Of a stretch of 64,000 nucleotides of DNA, positions 26,361-35,408 are shown piece after piece. Location of the stretch: NCBI GenBank assembly GCA_009692615.1, contig SHYW01000004.1, positions 8,273-72,272 of the forward strand, given 5' to 3'. The stretch comes from Deltaproteobacteria bacterium (GTDB lineage: Bacteria; Desulfobacterota; Binatia; UBA9968). The first letter of the stretch is position 1, and each line of letters opens with the position of its first letter. Under the pieces are notes generated by a model. It did not search any database. It was not told where the DNA came from and worked only from the letters and a program-made list of their open reading frames with translations. A program made the position numbers and the translations under genes.

Positions 26361-27515
26361 CTACGAAATCCGATAATGCTTGATCTTGTCTTCGTCCAAC
26401 TCGATGCCGAGCCCCGGCTTTGACGAAACGATCACCTCGCCGTCGGCGTATTCGAACGCTTCGGTGATGACATCGTCCGAATAATAAATCCCCGCGATGC
26501 CGCCATGGCCTTTGCCCTTGGGCGTCGACACCGGCACGACGCAGCCGTACGTTACGACGCCGGTCGACGCCGCGAGGTGAATATTCGCCGCGTTGCCGAC
26601 GCCGGTTTCCACAGAACCGTTGACATTGCACTTGAGCCCCGCCGCTTCCGCCACCGCGGCAACTTTTTTGCCTTTGAACATGCCGCCGGGTTTAGTCGTG
26701 TAGAGGGAAATCACATCGGCGGCTTTTTTCTGGATGATCTCGATCACGTCCTGCGCCGTCCAAGCGCTTTCATCCGCCATGATCGGCGTGTCGACTCGGC
26801 GCACTACTTCAGCCATCTGATCGATGCCCTCCACCGGCTGTTCCATGTAAAGCAGATTATATCTTTCCATCTCGCGAATGATTTTCACCGCGGCCTTCGC
26901 CGTCGGATAGCCTTGATTGGCGTCGACGCAAATACTTAGGTCGGGACCGATCGCCGTGCGAATCTGTCTGACTAACTCGACATCGCGTTTTTGCTCGACG
27001 CCGCCCTTGAGCTTGATCGTCTTCACGCCCTCAGCTTTAGCTTGCAACGCTTCCTCGACCGCCTTGTCAATTTCCATCAAGCCAAGACTATGAGCGATGG
27101 GAATCCGCTCGCGAAACAATCCGCCGAGCAATTGATACGCGGGGACGTTCAAGGCTTTGCCGACGACATCGTAAAGCGCCGCGTCGATGGCCGCTTTGCA
27201 ATAGGGATAGCCTTTCACCGCCTTATCCATCAGGCCGTGAATCGATTCGAATCGGCTCGGATCCTGGCCGCTCAGTGCCGGTGCGAGAATGTCGTTGATG
27301 ATATGCGCCGTGGTCTGCGGCGTCTCGCCGAAATATTTCCCATGATCGCCGCCCCAGTCTTTCAGCACCGGCGCTTCGCCGAGACCGATCAAGCCTTGGT
27401 CGGTGTAAAGTTTGATGATGACATAGACACCGATGGGCGTCGTCAAACTCGCCCACTGATGCACGCGTCGCGTCGGCAGGCGAATCGGAATAGTTTCAAT
27501 CTTGGTGATTTTCAT
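26361..27515 (-). CDS. mandelate racemase/muconate lactonizing enzyme family protein (enolase superfamily)
   Basis: A capping domain is followed by a TIM barrel with a KxK...D...E...D metal-ligand arrangement (IKLKGG, CVDANQGY, MEQP, ADES). Confidence 0.85.
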   Translation of the reverse strand: MKITKIETIPIRLPTRRVHQWASLTTPIGVYVIIKLYTDQGLIGLGEAPVLKDWGGDHGKYFGETPQTTAHIINDILAPALSGQDPSRFESIHGLMDKAVKGYPYCKAAIDAALYDVVGKALNVPAYQLLGGLFRERIPIAHSLGLMEIDKAVEEALQAKAEGVKTIKLKGGVEQKRDVELVRQIRTAIGPDLSICVDANQGYPTAKAAVKIIREMERYNLLYMEQPVEGIDQMAEVVRRVDTPIMADESAWTAQDVIEIIQKKAADVISLYTTKPGGMFKGKKVAAVAEAAGLKCNVNGSVETGVGNAANIHLAASTGVVTYGCVVPVSTPKGKGHGGIAGIYYSDDVITEAFEYADGEVIVSSKPGLGIELDEDKIKHYRIS

Positions 27516-27596
27516 TTAAAGCGACAACCTCGGTAACGCATAGACATCTACTTCTGGATATCAGCACCAACAACCCACAGCGCTCTCCGAATCTTA

Positions 27597-27687
27597 CCTC
27601 CTCTCCCTTGACGGGAGAGGACAGAGGTGAGGGTGCCAGAATCTTTCAATACCCCTCACTCTAACTCTCTCCCGCAAGGGGAGAGAG
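27597..27687. repeat. ~90-bp palindromic REP/BIME-like element (cctctcccttgacgggagagg ... ctctctcccgcaaggggagagag)
   Basis: Two perfect hairpins in inverted orientation around a central segment. Same architecture as the elements at 48647, 60951 and 62709. Confidence 0.7.
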
Positions 27688-27721
27688 AACCGGAATCGAT
27701 GCGCGAGCCACGGCCCGAAAA

Positions 27722-28834
27722 CTAACCCACTCTCAACAAACTATCCGTCGGCGTCACATCGGACAACAACTCGCAGCCCTTATCCGTCACGCAAAACATA
27801 TCCTTGTTCTGCATACCGAAGCGGCCGGGAATATAAACCAACGGCTCGAAGGCGCCGACCATGCCCGCTTCGACGATTTCATCGCCATATCGTCCCATGT
27901 ACGGCTCTTCATGCAAATGCAAGCCGATGCCGTGGGCGACGAAGCTGATCGGCTCAAATCCGAGCTCGCTGAACTTTGCCAAAAATTTACGGTAAACCTC
28001 CGGACAACAGGCGCCCGGCTTGATCAAATCCATGACTAAATATTTACACTCGATCAGGTTCGACCAAATCTTATACTGCTCCTCTGTCGCGTCGCCGACT
28101 ACCGCCGTACGGCACACGCCGGTCAAATAGCCGCTCTTCTGGCCGAAGATTTCCATGCGAATGATGTCGCCGTGCTTTAGCTTACGATCCGTCGGCCCGA
28201 CGTTGGGAAACTGGCTGCGCTCACCCGAGGCGATGATCATGAGTTTATAGCTCTCCGCGCCACCGCCAAACAAAGAAGTCAGCAAGGTCCCGGCCAGCTC
28301 CATCTCGCTCATGCCGACTTTCGCCGAGCGTAGCGCCGTACCCAACGCGTGATCGGTAAGTTTGCTCAGCGAGCGAAGCAGAGCCAGCTCCCCCGCCGTC
28401 TTGATCTGCCGCGCCTTATTGAAAATCCCATCGGCCGCTGACCAGTTGGTATGCGGCAAGCGTTTTTGCAGCGTCGTAAAATCCTTCGCCGGCAGAAACT
28501 CCAACTCGATGGCAACCTTGCCGCGATCTAATTTTAGATCAACCAACGCATCGGCCAGCTTATCCATCGGATCGTCGGAGAACTCCCGATAGATGCGCAA
28601 ATCGTCGATGCCGGCATGAGCCTTGACCGTGGTCGCCTCCATATCGATAGCAACCATAGAAATTTTTCCGTCCGCTGTCACAATACAAGCCGCATGGCGC
28701 CAGCGCATGAGCGACTGCGACGGCACCACGAAACCGGAAACGTAGGTTACGTTTTCTGGCGAAATCGCGACGATGGCGTCTAAACCTCCGGCGACGATTC
28801 GTTTCCTTAAGCGCGCGACAATTTCTTGATCCAT
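27722..28834 (-). CDS. M24 family metallopeptidase (creatinase / Xaa-Pro aminopeptidase / ectoine hydrolase-like)
   Basis: A creatinase N-terminal domain is followed by a pita-bread fold with HGIGLHLHE metal ligands. Confidence 0.8.
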   Translation of the reverse strand: MDQEIVARLRKRIVAGGLDAIVAISPENVTYVSGFVVPSQSLMRWRHAACIVTADGKISMVAIDMEATTVKAHAGIDDLRIYREFSDDPMDKLADALVDLKLDRGKVAIELEFLPAKDFTTLQKRLPHTNWSAADGIFNKARQIKTAGELALLRSLSKLTDHALGTALRSAKVGMSEMELAGTLLTSLFGGGAESYKLMIIASGERSQFPNVGPTDRKLKHGDIIRMEIFGQKSGYLTGVCRTAVVGDATEEQYKIWSNLIECKYLVMDLIKPGACCPEVYRKFLAKFSELGFEPISFVAHGIGLHLHEEPYMGRYGDEIVEAGMVGAFEPLVYIPGRFGMQNKDMFCVTDKGCELLSDVTPTDSLLRVG

Positions 28835-28910
28835 ATTGAATGGAAGCGAGAATATCGGCTGCTGCTCGGGGGGTCAAGCGAAACCGACTTGATAGCAATT
28901 GGAGCTTCGA

Positions 28911-29417
28911 TTAATGCGACTGCTCGCCCGCGGTATTTTTCTTCAAACTAAACTCTATCGGCTGCGTGCCACGATCATCCTGCACACGCATGTGAACTTG
29001 GCTATCTGCCAACTTACCCCAGGGATAGGTTTTATGTTCGCGATTAACATTTTCCGCGACTTCGACGTAGCGGATAAAAAGAGAAACAGCTGCGCCATTT
29101 ATCCGCCCTTCCTCCATGCCGTGCTTCAGGCCTAAATAACTCGCCGTGCCGAGGAGTGTTTCCCCTTCGGGTTGAAACATAAACCGCTCGGCATGTTTGC
29201 CGCGACCAGGATAATTCACCTCGCCTTGCCAAGATCCCGTGAGTTTCTGAGTCATCTGTGCGCTTACGACTACCGATTTGGCTAGACTGTCATTCTTTAC
29301 TTCCTGCCGCGACTGCCACCATGCGGCGAACGTCACCAACGCGATGATCAACGGCGCTTTCCAGATCAACCGCCGCATCAGTTTTTTGCGTAATTCTATT
29401 TGCTCGTTGCTAAGCAT
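28911..29417 (-). CDS. Hypothetical membrane-anchored protein
   Basis: 168 aa with a single N-terminal TM helix (LIWKAPLIIALVTFAAWW) and no recognisable family. Confidence 0.4.
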   Translation of the reverse strand: MLSNEQIELRKKLMRRLIWKAPLIIALVTFAAWWQSRQEVKNDSLAKSVVVSAQMTQKLTGSWQGEVNYPGRGKHAERFMFQPEGETLLGTASYLGLKHGMEEGRINGAAVSLFIRYVEVAENVNREHKTYPWGKLADSQVHMRVQDDRGTQPIEFSLKKNTAGEQSH

Positions 29418-29433
29418 GATGGGTCAACAATGT

Positions 29434-30070
29434 TCACGCCCAATACGTCGTCCGGTCAACGGGAATATGCTGCAACACTTCGCCCGGCACGAAATCTTCC
29501 AAGCGAATGCGCGTCAGCGCTTCGTCGGGACATTTTGACACCGGCGATAACGGTCGATCTAATGGCTTCGTCGCATCGACGATCATCGCCGAAGTTTTGC
29601 GCGGGTCGACCATCGATGGATCGATCAAGCTACCGCGCATGATTTGCTTGATGATCGACACTTGCAGATGCGGTTGGACGCGAGTCGCCAGAGCCCAAAG
29701 AATTTCCGTCGGATTGTAAACGTCGATGTCTTCGTCGAAGACAAAAACACTCTTGCACCAATCCCAGGTCAGCACCGCGGCCGCGGCCCGGCCTGGATCG
29801 CCTTCGGAAAGTTTTTTCATCGAGATGAAAACGTTCAACAGCGCGTGGCGGCCGCTGGTGCAGACGGTTTCGACATTGGGCACAGCCTCCCGGGCGCGGC
29901 GCAAGTAGGCGCCTTCGGGCGCCAGGTCCATCCACGGTTTGTCACCTTCCGGTGTGAGTATCGAAGTGTGCTGCGCGTCGCACGCAGCCGCTTGGCGCAA
30001 ATGGATAGCGAAGGTCGCGGCGATGGGACACCGGACAAAGCGCTTGCACTTCAACGGGACCTTGCCGACC
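29434..30070 (-). pseudogene. UbiD-family decarboxylase remnant (C-terminal half only)
   Basis: Encodes ...AVLTWDWCKSVFVFDEDIDVYNPTEILWALATRVQP...MIVDATKP, which corresponds to the C-terminal ~200 aa of UbiD (compare 12754-14325). The N-terminal ~250 aa are missing. Confidence 0.6.
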
Positions 30071-30099
30071 AAAGTGACGTAAGAGGCCGACAGCCACTG

Positions 30100-30357
30100 G
30101 CTAATCGTCTTTATGCAGGCACCGGAGTCGAAAAGAATCCTGCCGAAGCGGTTCGTTGGTATCGCGCCGCGGCTGAACAAGGAAATGCAAACGCGCACTT
30201 GACTGTAGGTCTAAGATTGGTCGACGGTATCGGCGCACCGAAAGACGAGAAGCAGGGAGTTGGCTGGTATCGCCGTGCAGCGGAACAGGAACATCCGCAA
30301 GCTCGATTCAGTATGGCGTGGCCCCTCGGAGCTGGGCAAGGCGCACTTAAAGTATAG
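30100..30357 (+). pseudogene. Sel1-repeat protein fragment (two C-terminal Sel1 repeats)
   Basis: AVRWYRAAAEQGNANAHLTVGLRLVDGIGAPKDEKQGVGWYRRAAEQEHPQARFSMA are canonical Sel1 repeats. There is no plausible N-terminus; the upstream in-frame sequence is antisense to the UbiD remnant. Confidence 0.45.
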
Positions 30358-30492
30358 ACTTATACAAATAACCTAGAAGTCGAGATCTTTCGACTAAAGC
30401 CTGAGGATGACATCAACTACAGTCCCTACTGAGCGATGAGAAATTTTCCGCTATTCAATTCTCGCCAAGATTCGGTATCATTACCAGTCAAG

Positions 30493-31164
30493 ATGATCAG
30501 CACAGTTATTTTCGATCTCGATGGGCTCCTTGCCGACACCGAACCGCTCCATTGCCGAGCTTACCAGTTGGCGATGGTTGAGCACGGCGTCACGGTTAGC
30601 GACGATGACTACGCCGACCATTGGGTCAAGCATGGCTACGGTATCGTCGACTGGGTCAACTGGCACAAACTCGAACTCGATCCCCACGCTCTGCGTCAAC
30701 GCAAGTCGGAGCATTATCTAAAGCTGCTCGAAACCTCATTGCAGCCCATGGACGGCGCGCTTGAATTACTCGCCGGCTTAACCGGCAAAATCCGCATCGC
30801 CCTCGCTTCCTCATCCTATCGCGACGCCATCGACGGCGTCCTCGCCGGTCTGAAGATCGCGCACTACTTCGAGGCCGTCGTCAGCGGCCAAGATGTCGCC
30901 AAGGTCAAACCGGCGCCGGATATTTTTTTACAAACGGCCGAGCGCTTGGCCGTCACGCCGTCAGAATGCGTGGTGCTCGAAGACGCCGAGAAAGGCGTCG
31001 TCGCCGCGCGGCTCGCCGGCATGGCTTGCGTCGCGGTGCCAAATCCATGGACGCGCCACCACGACTTTTCCCAAGCTACACGAGTTTGCGGCTCCCTGAG
31101 AGAAATCGATTTGACTTTCTTGCGCGGCTTAGCGCCAGCGATAAACGAGAGACATTTGCCATGA
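30493..31164 (+). CDS. HAD family hydrolase (beta-phosphoglucomutase-like subfamily IA)
   Basis: VIFDLDGLLADTE motif I, a C1 cap, and VLEDAEKGVVAARLAGMACVAV motifs III/IV. Confidence 0.85.
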   Translation: MISTVIFDLDGLLADTEPLHCRAYQLAMVEHGVTVSDDDYADHWVKHGYGIVDWVNWHKLELDPHALRQRKSEHYLKLLETSLQPMDGALELLAGLTGKIRIALASSSYRDAIDGVLAGLKIAHYFEAVVSGQDVAKVKPAPDIFLQTAERLAVTPSECVVLEDAEKGVVAARLAGMACVAVPNPWTRHHDFSQATRVCGSLREIDLTFLRGLAPAINERHLP

Positions 31165-31856
31165 CCGCATGGCTCGATCGGTATTACGGCTTCATTCTAG
31201 TCTTGGCGGTGCCCGCGCCATTGTGGTTCAGCGTCGCCCAAAACCCCGCGGACCTGCGTCTCGCCGCGCTCCACGATGCACTCATCTGGTGCGCTATTTT
31301 ACTGATCGGTTGGTTGATCGTCAGAAAACTACCGCGCTACCAAGTCCGCGGCGCATGGCGCCAACCGACGACGCAGGAATCCCGCCGTTATCTAAGATGG
31401 CTACTCGCCGTCTTGGTGATCGACTTCAGCTCCAAAGCGCTATTTTTCCGCTGGGACAACGCGCAGCGAATCGAGATCTTCAAAGACTTCGGCATCTACT
31501 CGATGTTTCACGTCACGCCGTTTGAATCCTTTCACGTCTACCTACTGCTCTATTTCGCTTATCTGTTTTTACTCGGACCCTGGTATTTTCGTTTCACCAA
31601 ACCGGTCCATGACCGCATCTGGGTGGCATCCAGCGCCACCGCCATGGGCGGCGTCATCGCCCTCACCGGCGAGCGCTGGCTCTTCGGCGGCGTCCACGAC
31701 TCGTTTTATTTCGCCGGACGATCCTTACTTTATGTCTGGACGCCGGCGGATTTTTTCGTTCATGCCAGGGTCTTACCGTTCATCGTTTTGCTCGCCTCAT
31801 ACGCCGGCCGGCACAGCGCTGAAACCAACCGTCTCTTGCAGGACCCTGCGCCGTGA
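31161..31856 (+). CDS. Hypothetical integral membrane protein
   Basis: ~231 aa with 5-6 TM helices. Its ATG overlaps the HAD stop (ATGA), which suggests translational coupling. Confidence 0.5.
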   Translation: MTAWLDRYYGFILVLAVPAPLWFSVAQNPADLRLAALHDALIWCAILLIGWLIVRKLPRYQVRGAWRQPTTQESRRYLRWLLAVLVIDFSSKALFFRWDNAQRIEIFKDFGIYSMFHVTPFESFHVYLLLYFAYLFLLGPWYFRFTKPVHDRIWVASSATAMGGVIALTGERWLFGGVHDSFYFAGRSLLYVWTPADFFVHARVLPFIVLLASYAGRHSAETNRLLQDPAP

Positions 31857-31902
31857 CGTAACTTGGCAAGTGAAAATTCATTAGTCCAAGGAGCATTTCA
31901 TC

Positions 31903-32904
31903 ATGGCCTCAGCTGAATTGATCGTCGATGTGCACCACCACTACATGCCGGCGCAATTGTTCGATCGCCTGGCCGCCCAAGCCGGCGGTAAACGCATCGT
32001 CACCAAAGAAATTAGTCTAACCCTGCACCCGTCGCGCAAAGATCTCGACGCTCATATCAAAGCGATGGACGAAGCGGGCGTCACGGTCTCGATCCTCACG
32101 GACCAGGTCCAAGTCATGGGCGCGGATGTGGCTCGGGCGCTCAACGACGGTGTCGCCGAGGTGGAGAAGAAACATCCAAGCCGTTTTCGCAGCGCCATCC
32201 ACATGGCGATCCACGAGCCGGAAAGCGCCAAGCGCGAGCTCGAACGGGGTATCCACGAGCTCGGCTTGCGCTCCGTCGCCCTGCTCGCCTGCCACCTCGA
32301 CGTCCAGCTCGACAACCCGATCATGTTCCCGCTTTACGAGATCATTCAAAAAAACAATTTGCCGATCATCATCCATCCGCAGTCGAAACCCACGGGTTCG
32401 GAAACCACCTACAGTCTCGACCGCTGCGTGTTTCGCCCGCTGGAAACCACTCAAGCGATCGTGCGCATCATGAACGCCGTGCTGCCGCGCTTCCCCGAGC
32501 TGCGTTTCATCATTCCCCATCTCGGCGGCGCCGCGTCGTCGCTCAAAGGGCGCATGATGGCGTTTTTCGAAACCGACGACGCGCCGATTCCGGCGGAGAT
32601 GCGCGGCTATTTGAAAACTCAAAACGAACAGATAAAATTCGGCGTCACCGAACGGTTTGAAAATCTATTTCAACGGCTCTACTTCGACACCGCCGGCACC
32701 GGCGCCTGGGCGCCGTCCATGGCCGCGGCATTGAATATCACGACAGCCGACCGCATCATGTTCGGCAGCGACTATCCGTTGGAATGTAAAAGCGCCGCGA
32801 ACATCATCGAGTCCATCGACATGGTGCGCCAAGCGCCCTGCTCCACAGCCAACAAGTCGAACATCCTCGGCAACACCGCGGCGGGAGTTTTCAACTTACA
32901 ATAA
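31903..32904 (+). CDS. amidohydrolase-2 family protein (ACMSD/2-pyrone-4,6-dicarboxylate hydrolase-like metal-dependent hydrolase)
   Basis: The N-terminal VDVHHHYMP His pair, IIHP, and FGSDYP are PF04909 signatures. Confidence 0.85.
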   Translation: MASAELIVDVHHHYMPAQLFDRLAAQAGGKRIVTKEISLTLHPSRKDLDAHIKAMDEAGVTVSILTDQVQVMGADVARALNDGVAEVEKKHPSRFRSAIHMAIHEPESAKRELERGIHELGLRSVALLACHLDVQLDNPIMFPLYEIIQKNNLPIIIHPQSKPTGSETTYSLDRCVFRPLETTQAIVRIMNAVLPRFPELRFIIPHLGGAASSLKGRMMAFFETDDAPIPAEMRGYLKTQNEQIKFGVTERFENLFQRLYFDTAGTGAWAPSMAAALNITTADRIMFGSDYPLECKSAANIIESIDMVRQAPCSTANKSNILGNTAAGVFNLQ

Positions 32905-32908
32905 GCCA

Positions 32909-33484
32909 ATGAAGAAGCTGCCTTCACTGCCGACCGCAGTATTGCTGCTGTCCGTCCTATTCCCCGCGACGGCATTGGCGGCGGAAGCGCCGGTGACGAA
33001 GCGCGCCGAGTTGGAACGCATTGAGCGCGCCCTCGGCGCCGATGTGCCGAAAGTGCTTTGCTTGGACGACAGTTTCACCACCGGCGCTCAGCCCACCGCC
33101 GAAGCCTATGGCAAGGCCGCCGCCAACGGCTTTCGCGCCGTGCTGAGCCTGCGCACCAATAGTGAAGGCATCGATCTCGTGCTCGAACGCGCCAGAGTCG
33201 AGAGCCAGCGCCTGCGCTATTTCAATATTCCGGTAAACGGCTCAGCGCCGCGGCCCGAACAGGCCGACGAATTTCTACGCATCGCGCGGGACAAAAGCAA
33301 TCATCCGATGCTGGTCAATTGCGCCAGCGCCAATCGCGTCGGCGCCTTCATGATGATCCTGCGAGTGGTCGATCAAAAATGGAGCGAGGGGAAAGCTCTG
33401 GAGGAAGCGATCAAAATCGGTCTCGCTAGCGAGGTTTTGCAGAAATTCGCCAAGGACTACATCGCGCTCCACAAAGCTCAGTGA
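32909..33484 (+). CDS. Secreted DUF442/TIGR01244-like (beta-lactamase-hydrolase-like phosphatase/sulfur-transferase fold) protein
   Basis: A signal peptide, then CLDDSFTTGAQP...NGFRAVLSLR...MLVNCASANRVGAFMM. This is a DSP-phosphatase-like CX5R-type loop. Confidence 0.5.
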   Translation: MKKLPSLPTAVLLLSVLFPATALAAEAPVTKRAELERIERALGADVPKVLCLDDSFTTGAQPTAEAYGKAAANGFRAVLSLRTNSEGIDLVLERARVESQRLRYFNIPVNGSAPRPEQADEFLRIARDKSNHPMLVNCASANRVGAFMMILRVVDQKWSEGKALEEAIKIGLASEVLQKFAKDYIALHKAQ

Positions 33485-33500
33485 ATTGCGTGGTCTTTAG

Positions 33501-34089
33501 CATGACGAAACGAAAAACACGGAACACGATCAAAGCTCTGCTCGCCTGGAGCGTGATTCTCTCGTGGCAAAGCGCAATCGCAGCCGAAACGCCGCGCCAA
33601 AGCCAGCGCCCCGCGACCGATGAATTTGACTCTCTGATCAAAGCCGCGGCGCCGATCGTGTTATGTATCGACGACAAGCCCTCAAGCGGCGGGCAGCCAT
33701 CCGGCGACGCCTATGCCAACGCTGCGGCCAACGGCTTTCGCGCGGTGCTGACGCTGCGCGCGCGCCAGGATGGTGTCGATACCTTGCGCGAGCGTTTCAT
33801 GGTCGAGCAAAATCAGCTGCGCTACTTCAATCTGCCGTTTCTGGATCATCTCCCAACCCACGAGCAAATCGATGAGTTCCTACGACTGGTGCGCGATAAA
33901 CGCAACCAACCGATGTTGGTCAACTGCGCGTTCGCCGAACGGGTCGCGCCCTACATGATGATCTTCCACGTCGTCGAGCAAGGCTGGAGCGAGACCAAAG
34001 CTGCCGATGAAGCGAGCCATGCCGGTCAGCGCCGGGCCGAACTGCAAAAATTCCTGCGCGCTTACCTCAAACCGCGCGGCACGAAATAG
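33501..34089 (+). CDS. Secreted DUF442/TIGR01244-like protein, tandem paralog
   Basis: Collinear with the previous gene (CIDDKPSSGGQP...NGFRAVLTLR...MLVNCAFAERVAPYMM). A GTG at 33481 is an alternative start. Confidence 0.5.
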
Positions 34090-34387
34090 AGGCGGGACCG
34101 GCTGTGGCAGCGCGTCGATCTGCCGCCACCGTCATCAAAACCGCTAAAGAACAGATTACAACCAGAGATCATCGGCGCTGCATCAAATTTCTTTAATCCA
34201 CCTAGCGCGGCACAAAACCCGCGCAACAATTCGCGCTACGGTGTGACAATTCCCGTTATTCACAGCCACGCCGCTGACATCGCCTTCTTACCTCAACTGT
34301 GCTCCGACGTAATCGATTTCCCGCGGCGGAAGTGGCATCTGCTTTGCTCAAAGCAGGAGTAGAATAACAAACCCCCAAGGAGGCAAA

Positions 34388-34717
34388 ATGATCAAAAACA
34401 ACCTCAAACCCTTAGCCTTGTCAGCCATGATGGCGCTGTCTGTGACGGTCGGCGCCGGCCACGCTAAAGCTAACGAAAGCGGCGTCATTTCCAAGCAGGC
34501 GAACGCCGATGGCACCTACTGCCACATCAAATATATGGCGTTCACCGCTGAATCCCTGCGCAACGGTTCGTTGGAATTCGAACCGTCCGACGTCATCGAC
34601 AGCTACGGCCCCTGCGATTTCGATCCCAAGAGCCAGCAGGAAGTGCGCAAACAATTGGCCGCCTCCAGTCGCGGTATTCACGGCGACGGCAGCAGCAGCG
34701 GCGACAGCGGCGACTAA
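34388..34717 (+). CDS. Small secreted protein with a Gly/Ser/Asp-rich C-terminus, hypothetical
   Basis: Strong RBS aaggaggcaaaATG and signal peptide LALSAMMALSVTVGAGHA. It has 2 Cys and is followed by a canonical terminator. Confidence 0.5.
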   Translation: MIKNNLKPLALSAMMALSVTVGAGHAKANESGVISKQANADGTYCHIKYMAFTAESLRNGSLEFEPSDVIDSYGPCDFDPKSQQEVRKQLAASSRGIHGDGSSSGDSGD

Positions 34718-34747
34718 TCCCGATCGATCCTTATCCAATCGAACCGA

Positions 34748-34790
34748 TCAGACTGGGAGAGTCACTCGCTCTCCCAGTCTTTTTTTTTAG
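34748..34790 (+). terminator. rho-independent terminator (gactgggagag-tcactcg-ctctcccagtc + T9)
   Basis: Perfect 11-bp stem followed by a run of nine T. It lies between convergent genes and is potentially bidirectional. Confidence 0.75.
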
Positions 34791-35353
34791 CCTCGGCGTA
34801 AAGCCGGGTCGTGCATTTCCACGCACTCTCGCACCAATACGTCGGGATCGTGGTTGAAGATGACAACCGCCGAAGTTATTTTATTGCAAAAGCTAATTAT
34901 CTCTCGAAGATGATCGGCGACTCCGCCGCTACCGTCGAGGACACCGATGATCTTTCCTTCGTCGTAGGCGATGGTAAATTCGTTAAGCGTGCCGGTGGCG
35001 CCGCCAAAGATAATGACGATATCGGCCGAGCGGATATTGATGACATTGCGTCCCTTGTATCCGAAGCCGGTGTAGACGATGAGATCGGCGCCATCATCCG
35101 GCAACCCGAAGCGACTTACGTGTTCACGACGATTCTCCGCCGGTGAGATCCCCAACGCAAAACCGCCCCGTTTGCGAAACGCCTGGGCAACTTGATTCGG
35201 CATTCCGGTGGTAGCGCCGGTTAATAGAAAACAATCCGCGGCAGCGATCGCCGAGCCTAATTTTTCCGCCAGCTGTTGCAGGCGATTTTCTTCTGTTGCC
35301 GTGAGCCCATCGTTGGCCGACGCGCCCATCACGCCAATGACCGGTTTCGCCAT
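34787..35353 (-). CDS. TIGR00725/LOG-family Rossmann-fold nucleotide-binding protein (lysine-decarboxylase-like)
   Basis: VIGVMGAS...LLTGATTGMPNQVA...ADIVIIFGGATGTLNEF is a SLOG/LOG-type glycine-rich pattern. Confidence 0.65.
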   Translation of the reverse strand: MAKPVIGVMGASANDGLTATEENRLQQLAEKLGSAIAAADCFLLTGATTGMPNQVAQAFRKRGGFALGISPAENRREHVSRFGLPDDGADLIVYTGFGYKGRNVINIRSADIVIIFGGATGTLNEFTIAYDEGKIIGVLDGSGGVADHLREIISFCNKITSAVVIFNHDPDVLVRECVEMHDPALRRG

Positions 35354-35408
35354 CCCCGCCTCCTATTATTGTAATTGACTGACCCCAGCCTTTTTTTACT
35401 TTGCCCAC

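Noticed and set aside
34680-34720. GGC/AGC-rich simple repeat
   Set aside because: It encodes the Gly/Ser/Asp tail (GDGSSSGDSGD) of the small secreted protein. It is only ~30 bp and not a tandem-repeat array.
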